61,019 bases of DNA, taken from positions 1 to 61,019 of the forward strand of contig JAJYYF010000007.1 in assembly GCA_021801225.1 (NCBI GenBank), read 5' to 3'. The notes beneath the pieces were generated by a model that was given only the letters and a program-made list of their open reading frames with translations, ran no database searches and was not told the DNA's origin. The stretch comes from Candidatus Micrarchaeota archaeon (GTDB lineage: Archaea; Micrarchaeota; Micrarchaeia; Micrarchaeales; CABMGC01). Each line of letters opens with the position of its first letter. The first letter of the stretch is position 1. A program made the translations under genes and the position numbers. Positions 49,343 to 60,800 of the stretch are shown here, piece after piece.

Positions 49343-50695
49343 CTAAATTGAACCTAAATTATACTTAAAGTTATATTTAAAGTTATTTTCCCATTCTGAA
49401 ACAATATCAATTATCGCGTAATCATTCCAATGTTTTGTGATTAACTGTGCTCCAACTGGCATTCCATTTAAGTATGCATATGGAAATGCAATATGAGGGA
49501 AACCACATAGATTTGGAGGTATTGTTAACATATCTGTTTTATACACTTCCAAAGGTGAAAAATTATTTATTTCATCAAACTTAGGAGTTTTAATAGGCAT
49601 TACTGGAGATAGGATAAACCCTTCATTCAATACTTTGCTGAGCTCATTTATTAACAATGTTCTTGTTTTTAACGCTTTTGAATAATACATATCCTTAACG
49701 CTTGCACTTCTTACAAAAGTTCCGAGAACAACTCTCCTTTTTGCTTCTTTCCCGAAATTTGATCTAGATGTTGTGAAAAACTGGTTATATTTTTCTGATA
49801 TATTTTCATTCTTAAAACCATATTTAAAACCTGTATACTTTGCCAGATTAGTTGATGCTTCTGCCATTGCAATTATGTAATAGGAAGCTATAGCTTTTTC
49901 TATGAATGGAATAGATTTGTGTTTTATGACATAGCCCATTTTAGAGAATTTATCAACCAACTCTAAAAATAATTTTTCTATTTCAGGATTTATTTCTTTT
50001 ATTAACTCATCGATTAATATTATAGTTTTATTATTTTGATTATTACAATTTATATCGACAGATGTTGTATCGTAAATATCCTTTCCTTTTATTATATCAT
50101 ACATAAAACGTATGTCTTCAGATTTTCTAGCAATTATACCTATTTTATCCAATGAGTTTGAGTAGTCTATTAGACCATATCTTGAAACTGAGCCATAAGT
50201 TGGAGTAAAACCTACTACACCGCAAAAAGCAGAAGGAGTAGATATAGAACCTCCAGTTGATTCAGCTATTGATATATGGTACTTTAAGATTGAGGTAGCT
50301 ATTGCAGAACCACTACTTGAACCACCAGAAACATAAGAAGTGTTGAATGGATTTTTTGCGCATTTCTCTGAGTTTACTCCAAAACTACCAAAGCCAAACT
50401 CATCCATATTTGTTTTTCCTAAAAATGAAAAAGTATTTTTTTCTCTGATTTTTGAAACTACAGTTGCATCAAAAGGAGGTATATAACCTTTAAGTATCTT
50501 TGAAGATGCGGTAGTTTCTACATCTTTGGTGCAGATATTATCCTTTACAGATATTGGAAAGTTAGTAAGTTTTGATAGATCTGATATTACATTAAATGCA
50601 TTGAGTTCTTCATTAAGTTTTGATAGTGTTTCTGATAATTTAATAAAATAATCAGTAGGTTTATCTTTTTTTGAAAATTCTTCGTAAGAGTTCAT
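49343..50695 (-). CDS. gatA: Amidotransferase subunit A
   Basis: VKDNI, GKTNMDEF, GGSSSGSA and ESTGGSI amidase signature. Confidence 0.95.
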   Translation of the reverse strand: MNSYEEFSKKDKPTDYFIKLSETLSKLNEELNAFNVISDLSKLTNFPISVKDNICTKDVETTASSKILKGYIPPFDATVVSKIREKNTFSFLGKTNMDEFGFGSFGVNSEKCAKNPFNTSYVSGGSSSGSAIATSILKYHISIAESTGGSISTPSAFCGVVGFTPTYGSVSRYGLIDYSNSLDKIGIIARKSEDIRFMYDIIKGKDIYDTTSVDINCNNQNNKTIILIDELIKEINPEIEKLFLELVDKFSKMGYVIKHKSIPFIEKAIASYYIIAMAEASTNLAKYTGFKYGFKNENISEKYNQFFTTSRSNFGKEAKRRVVLGTFVRSASVKDMYYSKALKTRTLLINELSKVLNEGFILSPVMPIKTPKFDEINNFSPLEVYKTDMLTIPPNLCGFPHIAFPYAYLNGMPVGAQLITKHWNDYAIIDIVSEWENNFKYNFKYNLGSI

Positions 50696-50964
50696 AAATC
50701 TGGCCCCACTACATAAAAGCGATAAGTTTTTGTATTTTTAAGTATCCCCTCAGTATTCTTAAACTCAAATACAGTGTCATCGTGGGTTTTCTCAGGTATT
50801 TTTATTGGATGATATGCTTCTAGAACACCGGATGTATCCAACTCATTAAGCACTTTAAAGTACTCTAATATCTCATTCACATCTTTTTTTATAGAGTCAT
50901 ACTCTGATTCTTCCAATTTTATTCTGCATACTTTTAACAGTCTATTAAATTCATTATTGTCCAT
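50692..50964 (-). CDS. gatC: Amidotransferase subunit C
   Basis: Size, position before gatA, ILEYFKVLNELDT; start refined to ATG 50964. Confidence 0.85.
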   Translation of the reverse strand: MDNNEFNRLLKVCRIKLEESEYDSIKKDVNEILEYFKVLNELDTSGVLEAYHPIKIPEKTHDDTVFEFKNTEGILKNTKTYRFYVVGPDL

Positions 50965-51037
50965 CAGATAACACACAGAAAAATAATTTAAAATTAGATT
51001 AATTTATACTTTTTGTATTAATTCACTTATATACGTA

Positions 51038-52222
51038 TTATCCAGTTTTTAGTCGTTTAGATTGTTGAATTGTTTCTCTAGGTTTCCTAAATAAAGAGTT
51101 CATCTCCATGAAAAGCCCTGATTCTGAATAATTAGAGATTTTTTCAACAATTTTTTTGTAATTATTAGATTTAATTATATACTTTTGATTTAATGCTAAT
51201 TGTATATTTTTATTGAATATTTCTTCAAATTTATTTAATTTATCTTTAGGATTTGTTCTTTGGACACGTAACATTCCTAAAGAATTTGCCATGTTTGCAT
51301 AATCAAATGAGTATAAACCTAATCCCGAAGTAATCCCTAGTTCTTCAGCAACTTTATTTATTTCGTAATTACCGTGTCCTATGTGTAGAGAGTTTACTTG
51401 AGATGACAGCACTACAGGTATTTTCCTTTCTATCAATTGATGTATTGTATTTACATAATGTTTAGGCACACCTGCAGAACCATAACTTAATAAAATGACT
51501 CCGTTATGCCTTTTATCTATTTCTTTTACTGACAACTCTTGACAACTAGGAGAAAGAGTCACTGTAAGTATAGAAGAATCAAAATTTGTATTCAATAAAG
51601 GAGGTAATAATGTTTTTGCTTCAGAAATCTCTACTTCAAATATTAATTTGTTGTTCTTTAATGTTGCAACGTTTCCTACTGCACTTTTAAATGTTAAACC
51701 TAAATCAGTGGTTGTTTCATAAGCCAATGAACCTGGAATTAAATTTCCATGGAAAAATATGAATACACCGCTTAATTGTGATTTAGCAGATATTATAGCA
51801 CCCATAAGATTTTTGCTTGCATCGGTATTTTGATCTTTTATTGTTTTCATAGAACCAGTAAGTACTATAGGTACATCTGGAGACTCTAACATTATTGATA
51901 ACATTGATGAAGTAAATTGCATTGTATCTGTACCGTGAGTTATCACAATACCATCATATTTTTTATCTAAGGAAAAAATTTCATTGGCTATGTGTGCTTG
52001 ATCATATAAAGTTATATTAGTGCTATCTTTATTTAAGATAGGTATTACCTTAACCTCTGTTTCTTTGTCTTTTGAGACCATAGTGTCTTTATCAAATGAA
52101 AGCCCTTCTAGGATATACTCTATTACTCCTTCAGCAGGTTTTAGGCCATTAGGGGAGTTTAAACTAGAGATAGTCCCTCCAGTAGTTAGTATTCCAATCC
52201 TTTTTCTTTCCGTTAATATCAC
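51038..52222 (-). CDS. Type I L-asparaginase/glutaminase-like protein
   Basis: TTGGTI, KDSTNI, HGTDT and VLTGSM; start codon uncertain. Confidence 0.88.
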   Translation of the reverse strand: MILTERKRIGILTTGGTISSLNSPNGLKPAEGVIEYILEGLSFDKDTMVSKDKETEVKVIPILNKDSTNITLYDQAHIANEIFSLDKKYDGIVITHGTDTMQFTSSMLSIMLESPDVPIVLTGSMKTIKDQNTDASKNLMGAIISAKSQLSGVFIFFHGNLIPGSLAYETTTDLGLTFKSAVGNVATLKNNKLIFEVEISEAKTLLPPLLNTNFDSSILTVTLSPSCQELSVKEIDKRHNGVILLSYGSAGVPKHYVNTIHQLIERKIPVVLSSQVNSLHIGHGNYEINKVAEELGITSGLGLYSFDYANMANSLGMLRVQRTNPKDKLNKFEEIFNKNIQLALNQKYIIKSNNYKKIVEKISNYSESGLFMEMNSLFRKPRETIQQSKRLKTG

Positions 52223-52280
52223 CTTATGGTCAGTGTATTTAGGTAGTTTAGATTATTATGTTTTGTTATTTAATATTAAA

Positions 52281-52862
52281 TTAGAAAGATATGGATTTGT
52301 GATGTTTATCAGAAAAAAACAGAAGTTCTGTGCCTATTCTTTCTATTTGCATTCTTGCAACATCTTGCTTTTTTCTAAAATCAGGAAGTATCGAGTTAGC
52401 AAATCTTAATGGAACTGTAGAGTCATAAATTTCTAGCATTAATTTATAGTATCTTTCTGTCTTTTTTGTATCTCCGTTTCTTAAAGAATCAAAGCCTTGC
52501 CTTTTTAACTCGCCCACAGAATCTAAAAGTCCTAAAAGATAACTACCTTCATCTACAGCAATTTCAGATAGAGTAGGTAATCTATTTTCAGTAACCATAG
52601 TATACAATGAATAAGCTTCGACATATTCCTGATGCGCTTGTTGTGAGTTATACTCAAAACCTTTTTCTATTGAGATTAGTTTTTTGTTTAAAGATGTCAA
52701 TAAAACAAGGGATTTTTTAGCGTTTTTTAAATCTTCTGCATGTATCTGAGTTATGATTTTACCAGATAGTCTTACTATGTCTCTTGACAACTCAATTACT
52801 CTGTCTTTTTGTTTATGTAAAAGCAATAACTTTTTTTCTATGTTTTTGATATTTTTTATCAT
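52281..52862 (-). CDS. Translin/Trax (C3PO)-family protein
   Basis: SRDIVRLS, QEYVEA, YLLGLLDSVGELKR and RKKQDVAR. Confidence 0.88.
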   Translation of the reverse strand: MIKNIKNIEKKLLLLHKQKDRVIELSRDIVRLSGKIITQIHAEDLKNAKKSLVLLTSLNKKLISIEKGFEYNSQQAHQEYVEAYSLYTMVTENRLPTLSEIAVDEGSYLLGLLDSVGELKRQGFDSLRNGDTKKTERYYKLMLEIYDSTVPLRFANSILPDFRKKQDVARMQIERIGTELLFFSDKHHKSISF

Positions 52863-52866
52863 AAAA

Positions 52867-53775
52867 TCAACCACTTTCTAAAGAATTTTTTCCATGCCAG
52901 TAAAGATACTGTTGTGCGTACCCTGCAAAATCTCCCCATTTATTATATGCAAAATCATGTATGTAATTAACATTTTTCTTTTTACCTTTTAAGTATTTAT
53001 TTTCTACAACTCTTTTTATCCAGACATCTATTGGAAATGACTCGACGTGTTTATAACCAAATAAAAGAATACAGTCAGCTACTTTATCCCCGACGCCGTC
53101 AAGTTTAAGTAGTTCTTCCTTTGCTGTTTTGTACTCTAATCTGTTTAAATGATCGAATGAAAAACCATTTTTAATATTTGTTGAGACGCTTTTGATGTAC
53201 TTTGCCCTAAACCCAGTGCCACATGACATTAACTCAGAAATTGACGCTTTTGATATTCTTTCAGGAGTAGGAAAAAGAATTGTTTTTTTACCATCAATAT
53301 AGTAAGGCTCTCCGAATTTATTAATTAAGTTTTTCATTATTAACCTTATTCTTTTAAGATTATTAAACTGCGAAACAAGAAAACAAAGAGTTGTTTCCCA
53401 AGGAGGATTTTGAGTTACTCTCATGCCATAAAATCTATTTATTGCCTCTTCCATAAATTGATCTGTTTTAATTCTATTGTAAATTTTATTCATATCGTCA
53501 GTTATGCTTAAACGCTTTGTTATTTCCTTTTTTGCTGAGTTAGATGAATAATCGCCAAAGTAATCTAGTCTCAATATCCCATCTAAAGAGTTTTTACTAA
53601 CTAAAATTACACCTTTTTCAGTAGTATAACGAAGTATATCCCAATTATTTTTACGTATAAAATCTGAATAAAAAGTAAGTGGCTGTCCGCTCTCTATAGT
53701 ATCCTTTATGTTAAGGTCATGTGCCTCTATTTTTATCGGTTTTCTTAGCGATTCAAATGTTCCATCTAAATATAT
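52867..53775 (-). CDS. ogg1: 8-oxoguanine DNA glycosylase (Ogg1-like), probable ATA start
   Basis: HhH motif LDGVGDKVADCILLF, FPIDVW, AGYAQQYL; the N-domain motif TIESGQ lies upstream of the first TTG. Confidence 0.85.
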   Translation of the reverse strand: MYLDGTFESLRKPIKIEAHDLNIKDTIESGQPLTFYSDFIRKNNWDILRYTTEKGVILVSKNSLDGILRLDYFGDYSSNSAKKEITKRLSITDDMNKIYNRIKTDQFMEEAINRFYGMRVTQNPPWETTLCFLVSQFNNLKRIRLIMKNLINKFGEPYYIDGKKTILFPTPERISKASISELMSCGTGFRAKYIKSVSTNIKNGFSFDHLNRLEYKTAKEELLKLDGVGDKVADCILLFGYKHVESFPIDVWIKRVVENKYLKGKKKNVNYIHDFAYNKWGDFAGYAQQYLYWHGKNSLESG

Positions 53776-53785
53776 TAAAACACCT

Positions 53786-55264
<1,479 letters not shown>

Positions 55265-55397
55265 ATAATCAACATTATGTTTTTAAATGTACATTTATTA
55301 TAAATTACAAAAATATAAATTTTTTGTTTTTATTTAATTTATTAATTATAGCGATAGATATTTAATCATAAAGAAATAGAATATAATTGGTGTAATT

Positions 55398-56348
55398 GTG
55401 CCTAGTGATAATAAATTTAAAAAGTTTAAATCAAATAAAAGGTATACTCATAATTTTAAAGATAACTTTAAAAATAAAAATAACTACAAAGATAGACCTA
55501 GATATGATAATCAAACAGATAGAGACGATAGAAGAAGTAGATTTATGAAAAAGGCCAAAGGAGAGGTAATGATGGCATATAAAGCAACTGCCGTTGATCA
55601 CTCCATAATAGAAGCAATTAAGTCTTATAATGAACTCGAAAAGATAAGGAATATAATTTATGAAAGATTAGAAGAGTGGTATGGTGCTTATTTCCCAAAT
55701 TTAAAGTTAAACAACCATGAGACTTATGCAAAGATAATAACAAAAATCAACAATAAAAATGTAGATATAGATAACCTAAAGGAGATAGTTGGAGAGGAGC
55801 ATGAGAAAATACTTAAATTAATAAAGTCTTCAGAAGGATTTCCAGAGATAGAGTTAGATGAATACAAAGCAATGAGTGAACTCGCAGAAGAGGAGCTAGC
55901 AATAATTAGAGTACAAGATAATTTAGGGACTTTTCTAGAAATGCAGACAAAAAAATTAATGCCGAATGTAGTTTATTTGATAGATTATAAAATAGCTGCA
56001 GAGATGTTGAGTAGAGCTGGATCCTTAGAACATTTAGCTATACTACCAGCTAGTACTATACAGTTATTAGGTGCTGAAAAGGCACTCTTTAAGCATGTTA
56101 AGTTTGGAAGCAGGCCTCCTAAGTATGGCTACTTATTCAAATTACCAGAGCTTGCTAATCTTGATAAGAAAGAAAAGGGAAGGATGGCAAGAGTATATGC
56201 TACAAAGATTAGTATTGCTGCTAGAGCCGATTATTATACTAAAAGATTTATTGCAGATACATTAAAGGAGCAGATAAACAAGATTTTAAAGAAAAAGCCA
56301 TATCTTCAAAAAAATAATTCAGATGAAAATACCATTTCAGAAGATTAA
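55398..56348 (+). CDS. nop5: Nop5 (Nop56/58) C/D RNP protein
   Basis: RLEEWYG, PASTIQLLGAEKALF and PPKYG. Confidence 0.93.
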   Translation: MPSDNKFKKFKSNKRYTHNFKDNFKNKNNYKDRPRYDNQTDRDDRRSRFMKKAKGEVMMAYKATAVDHSIIEAIKSYNELEKIRNIIYERLEEWYGAYFPNLKLNNHETYAKIITKINNKNVDIDNLKEIVGEEHEKILKLIKSSEGFPEIELDEYKAMSELAEEELAIIRVQDNLGTFLEMQTKKLMPNVVYLIDYKIAAEMLSRAGSLEHLAILPASTIQLLGAEKALFKHVKFGSRPPKYGYLFKLPELANLDKKEKGRMARVYATKISIAARADYYTKRFIADTLKEQINKILKKKPYLQKNNSDENTISED

Positions 56349-56419
56349 ATTGTAAAAAATCCGAATAAATCTATAAATTTAGTAAAACTTTTTAATATGT
56401 CTGAAATACTTTGGTATTT

Positions 56420-56917
56420 TTACCAAGGAACCTCTTTTAATTTTGCCTTATGTGCAATCTTATTTGTAAACTTATGCAAAACACCGGTTAGTATAAATAT
56501 AAAGATTAATCCATATATGCTAGGAAAGTTGCCTAGCGGAAATGCAAATAAAAGTGCAAATATAAGAAAAAGGTACTGATCCATAAGAAATATATCCTTT
56601 CCTTCTTTATGCCCCATCTGCCTCTTTATAAAACTGCCAAACATATCTCCAAATAAAGTTCCGAAACTTAATACTATGCCTATTACAAACATAAATGGTA
56701 GTGCAAGAGAGAACAGAGCGCCTATTAAAGTGCCTGAAAGCATTCCAAATACGAAGCCGCGTATGGTTTTATGCTTTCCTAAAATAGGTTTTCCACGAAA
56801 CTTTTTACCTAAATCTATAGGCCTTCCTCCACCAAATATTACGGGTGCTCCGTTAGCAACATATGCAGGGAAGATATAAATTAAGGGATAAAGTATTATT
56901 GTCCAAAGATAATCCAA
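56420..56917 (-). CDS. carS: CDP-archaeol synthase
   Basis: PAYVANGAP, PIDLG, KTIRG, GDMFGSFIKRQ, DQ and KEVPW. Confidence 0.92.
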   Translation of the reverse strand: MDYLWTIILYPLIYIFPAYVANGAPVIFGGGRPIDLGKKFRGKPILGKHKTIRGFVFGMLSGTLIGALFSLALPFMFVIGIVLSFGTLFGDMFGSFIKRQMGHKEGKDIFLMDQYLFLIFALLFAFPLGNFPSIYGLIFIFILTGVLHKFTNKIAHKAKLKEVPW

Positions 56918-57062
56918 TAAATCACAGTAATAATTGTAAAGATAAAGAGAACAATTATTAATATATTTCTATAGTAAAAAAATATTAGAATTTGATGTTT
57001 TTATCATAAATTTTTTTCTTTTGTATATTCAACTTGTTATTTTATTTTCTTAGAAGCTCTTT

Positions 57063-59747
57063 TTATCTACTTATTATACCTTCTGCACTTTCCTTTGAAC
57101 CTCCGCCTTTGAATGTAGATCCTATGTTTTTTTTAGCGAACTCCAAAGCTCCATAATCTGAATTAGAACCTGCGATACATACTACCTCTCCTTGTTTGTT
57201 TTTTGCAAGTAAAGTAAGAGATGGCCTTTGAAGAATTACATATGATAATGCCTTTCTAAGTATCTCCCTGCTTCCTTCTTGTTCAACCACAGCCGTACTC
57301 TTTGATGTATCTATATCACTTAAAAGCTGCTTTGCTATTACCTGAGCTAGCTCTTCATCCTTATCCCTTGATGACTTGAGCAACAAAGAGTAATCATTTC
57401 TCATTTTTTCTATCTTAAGATTAACACTTTCAAGATCTGAGTTAAGAGATGTTGCAATACTGCTTAGTTCATTGTGTTCATTTTGAATATACTCAAGAGC
57501 TGCTTTGCCCGCAACAAACTCTATTCTATCTACTCCATCGTGTATTCTTGATGTGTTTATTATCTTTATCATCCCTATTGAGCTTTCGTAAGAAGCAACA
57601 TGAAGTCCTCCGCATGCCTCAGCATCTATAAGTTTACCATTTTTATCAGTAATTATTATTATGCGCATAAGCTTTGCAGGAACTCCATGACCTTGATATA
57701 TTGTAAAGCCGTAACTTTGCTCTGCATCTGCACGGCTCATCTCTTTTACCTCAACCTTTATTCCATTGAAAAGTATTGTGTTTGCAAGGTCCTCTATAGC
57801 TTTTACATCTTCTGGAGTTAACTTTTCGTAATGAGCTATATCTATGTGTGCTTTATCCTCATCCTTTCTTGCGCCTTCCTGCCATGCGTGCTTGCCAAGT
57901 ATTGTCCTTGCAGATGCACTTATTATGTGAGTTGCTGTATGATGAGCCATTAATTTTTTCCTTCTTTCTGTATTTACAATACACTTTACAACTTTACCCT
58001 TTGATATATTTGCATCTGGAAGTTTTTTGAGTATATGGACTATAATGTTCCCTACCTTTTGTACATCCTCTACATCTATGCTATTTATAGTTCCTGTATC
58101 TGATGCTTGGCCTCCTCCTTCAGGATAGAAAGGGGTTTTGTCAAGTACAACGTACCTGTCTTTTACATAAAGAACCTTTGAACTTGACTCTGATTTTAAA
58201 TCATAATATAACTGCTCAGTTTTTGGCAGCTCTTCGTTAAAGTCTATATTTAATTTTTTTGTTTTTTCCTTTACTGCAAAGTCTCCTTTTATTATATCTT
58301 CATATGCATTATCAGGAAGTTCTATTTTTTTATCCTCTGCTGTGGCTATAGATGTAATAAGCTCTGGTGTTACGCCATTGCTTTCATATAAAACACGTAA
58401 CTCATCCTTTGTTATGCTTGATTTCTTTGATAGTATATTTGTTATTAGCTTTCCTGCTTTGTTTATTGAGGACTCATATCTTTTCGCTTCTACATCGATT
58501 ATTTTTGAGAGTATGTCTAAATTATCATTCAACTCAGGATATAGGCCTTTAAGCTCTACGGCTTGTTTTTCTGCTATCTCCATTATGCTTATATCCATTT
58601 CATACTCTTTTATGAATGCTAGAGCTCTACGTAGTATTACTCTTAGATTATAACCGCCGCCTATATTCGAAGGCAGTGCACCATCTGATACTCCAAACAA
58701 CAATGTTCTCGTATGATCAAGTATTGAATAAAATGCCTGCATCGGCTTTATTATCTTTGTATACTCATCACTGCTCAGTCCTGCTTTCTTAAGTATCTGT
58801 GTTTCTAATTTTTTGTACTCCTTTGTTTCGGTTACATCGAGCTCGCTTGCGTGCTTAGCGAATTTTTTAAATGCTACATTATTCATTTCGAAAGGTAATT
58901 CTTTCTTTGTTTTGCTTATTATGTCATGAAATACCGCATCGTATATATTGTCGAATCCAGTATAAAACCATAATAACCTCTCAAACCCCCAACCTACATC
59001 AACAACCTGGCCTTTAAGCTCGTGTACCTTACCATTTATGCTCTCGAATTGAGTAAATACATTGTTGACCAGCTCAAGTCCGTTTGAGAAGCCTTCTAAG
59101 CATGGGCCAAACTCTGAGAAATCTCCCATTGCCCATACGTCCTCGTTATATACAAGCTCCTCCTTTTTAACTCCTAGTATTCCAGTTAAAAATTTATAAT
59201 CAAGCTCCATCGTCCTGTCTCTCCAATAACCTTCTTTTGGATAGTTAAAGGCATGCTGACCTGCCATCATGAAGCTTGTAAGATGTCTTCCAGTAACACC
59301 TACATTTTCAATATCTCCAAACCTCAAGCAGATCTGTGGAACTATAAGCGGATTAGCGTTGTATTCAAAGTGCATAGCTCCGTTTTCTATTCTTTGAAAA
59401 TCTTGTATGCTAGCTATAGTGAAATAAAGATCCTGTCTCCATCTGCTAACAACAGGATATCTTTTAATGGAAGCATGATTATTCTCCTCAAAAAATTTAG
59501 AAAACTTTTTCCACATCTCTACGTATGAAATAGGAGTAGGTTTATCCTTGAAAAATGAGTACTCGGTATGCTCTGGATCTTGACAGGTATCCCTTTCTGA
59601 TATACTCCAGAAGTTCTTTCCACAGAGTTTGCAAGTATATCTGTTAAAGCCTTCCTTTTCGAATATCTTTGTTGAGTAGTAGGTTTTAGGATTTTTTGAG
59701 AACTCCTTTCTTAGCTCTTTTTTATCGAGTTTTATTCCATCAAGCAC
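57063..59747 (-). CDS. alaS: Alanyl-tRNA synthetase (archaeal type)
   Basis: RYPVVSRWR, VDVGWGFER, DHTR, HHTATH and ACGGLH. Confidence 0.97.
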   Translation of the reverse strand: MLDGIKLDKKELRKEFSKNPKTYYSTKIFEKEGFNRYTCKLCGKNFWSISERDTCQDPEHTEYSFFKDKPTPISYVEMWKKFSKFFEENNHASIKRYPVVSRWRQDLYFTIASIQDFQRIENGAMHFEYNANPLIVPQICLRFGDIENVGVTGRHLTSFMMAGQHAFNYPKEGYWRDRTMELDYKFLTGILGVKKEELVYNEDVWAMGDFSEFGPCLEGFSNGLELVNNVFTQFESINGKVHELKGQVVDVGWGFERLLWFYTGFDNIYDAVFHDIISKTKKELPFEMNNVAFKKFAKHASELDVTETKEYKKLETQILKKAGLSSDEYTKIIKPMQAFYSILDHTRTLLFGVSDGALPSNIGGGYNLRVILRRALAFIKEYEMDISIMEIAEKQAVELKGLYPELNDNLDILSKIIDVEAKRYESSINKAGKLITNILSKKSSITKDELRVLYESNGVTPELITSIATAEDKKIELPDNAYEDIIKGDFAVKEKTKKLNIDFNEELPKTEQLYYDLKSESSSKVLYVKDRYVVLDKTPFYPEGGGQASDTGTINSIDVEDVQKVGNIIVHILKKLPDANISKGKVVKCIVNTERRKKLMAHHTATHIISASARTILGKHAWQEGARKDEDKAHIDIAHYEKLTPEDVKAIEDLANTILFNGIKVEVKEMSRADAEQSYGFTIYQGHGVPAKLMRIIIITDKNGKLIDAEACGGLHVASYESSIGMIKIINTSRIHDGVDRIEFVAGKAALEYIQNEHNELSSIATSLNSDLESVNLKIEKMRNDYSLLLKSSRDKDEELAQVIAKQLLSDIDTSKSTAVVEQEGSREILRKALSYVILQRPSLTLLAKNKQGEVVCIAGSNSDYGALEFAKKNIGSTFKGGGSKESAEGIISR

Positions 59748-59804
59748 ATGAACACCAATAAATGTGAATATTATAAATTAAATCTATAAAATATTATGTA
59801 TTTT

Positions 59805-60695
59805 TTAAGAGTTTGCAGGTTCTTTCCACCATGTAGTACATTGTTTTCCAAAAAAATTGCACATTTTACAACGCCAAGAATTTTCTTCTAATACAGGTCT
59901 TGCTTCTCTATCACCTGACCAATAAGCCATTATATCGATTAAATTTTTTAAGAGCTCTTCCTTTGAGTAATTTATAGATAATTCTGATATCAATTTTCTA
60001 TTTGTTCTGTCAATATATCGTAATTGGATTGTATCATTTAACTGTGGTAAAAGTTTATATGAATTAAACATTAGTTTATGAATAGAGGTAAGAGATTGAT
60101 TCTCTTTTTTAATGCCTATAGAGTCCAAACCTTTTACAAAATTATCTGATAGATTCATTTTTTCTAAAGAATAAACATTTGAGAAGTTCTCATATGTATA
60201 ATTATTATTCTTAATATCAGATAAAAGAAGTTGATAAATAGACAATTGAAGTTTATCTGACTCTAACCTTAAACCTACAACGTTGTTATTTTTCCCATTT
60301 ATTGTTTTGTCTTCGGCTATAGTAACTTTACCGTTAGCTAAACGTAGTTCATCTATCTGACCTGATATTCTAAAACCATTTATAGAGCCATAAATTTTTA
60401 ACTCCCTGCAGTACCCATCCTTAAAGATATTGCTAATTCCCATATACGTTTCATATGCCCATTTGTAAAGTCTATCCGCATATGTTATTGGTTCTATTGG
60501 TAGGGCTCTAAGTACAGGTGCCTGTATTAAAGCGTGAGTAGCTGCGCCTTTGTTCATAGCTACTGTGTTGTAACCTCCGGTAGTTATAAATAACTCCATC
60601 TGCTTTTCGCACCACAACTGACTAGCTATATCCTTTACAGATATGCTTGTCTTCTTAAGACGTGCTAGCGCGCTTACTTTCTTATTTGAATCCAT
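59805..60695 (-). CDS. Exonuclease V (Exo5)/Cas4-like PD-(D/E)xK nuclease with Fe-S staple
   Basis: WCEKQ, RE...GQIDEL...EDKT, LQLSIY and CKMCNFFGKQC. Confidence 0.82.
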   Translation of the reverse strand: MDSNKKVSALARLKKTSISVKDIASQLWCEKQMELFITTGGYNTVAMNKGAATHALIQAPVLRALPIEPITYADRLYKWAYETYMGISNIFKDGYCRELKIYGSINGFRISGQIDELRLANGKVTIAEDKTINGKNNNVVGLRLESDKLQLSIYQLLLSDIKNNNYTYENFSNVYSLEKMNLSDNFVKGLDSIGIKKENQSLTSIHKLMFNSYKLLPQLNDTIQLRYIDRTNRKLISELSINYSKEELLKNLIDIMAYWSGDREARPVLEENSWRCKMCNFFGKQCTTWWKEPANS

Positions 60696-60705
60696 TTTTA
60701 ACACT

Positions 60706-60767
60706 TTTCAGACCGCCTACCTATCTTCATCGCAATAAAGCTCCGCGATCACCAGATCTCATCATAT
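60706..60767 (-). ncRNA. C/D box guide sRNA
   Basis: Minus strand: box C ATGATGA, 13-nt guide, D' CGGA, C' GCGATGA, 15-nt guide, box D CTGA. Confidence 0.8.
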
Positions 60768-60800
60768 ACATTTTTATTATTTAATAACATTAATAACACT

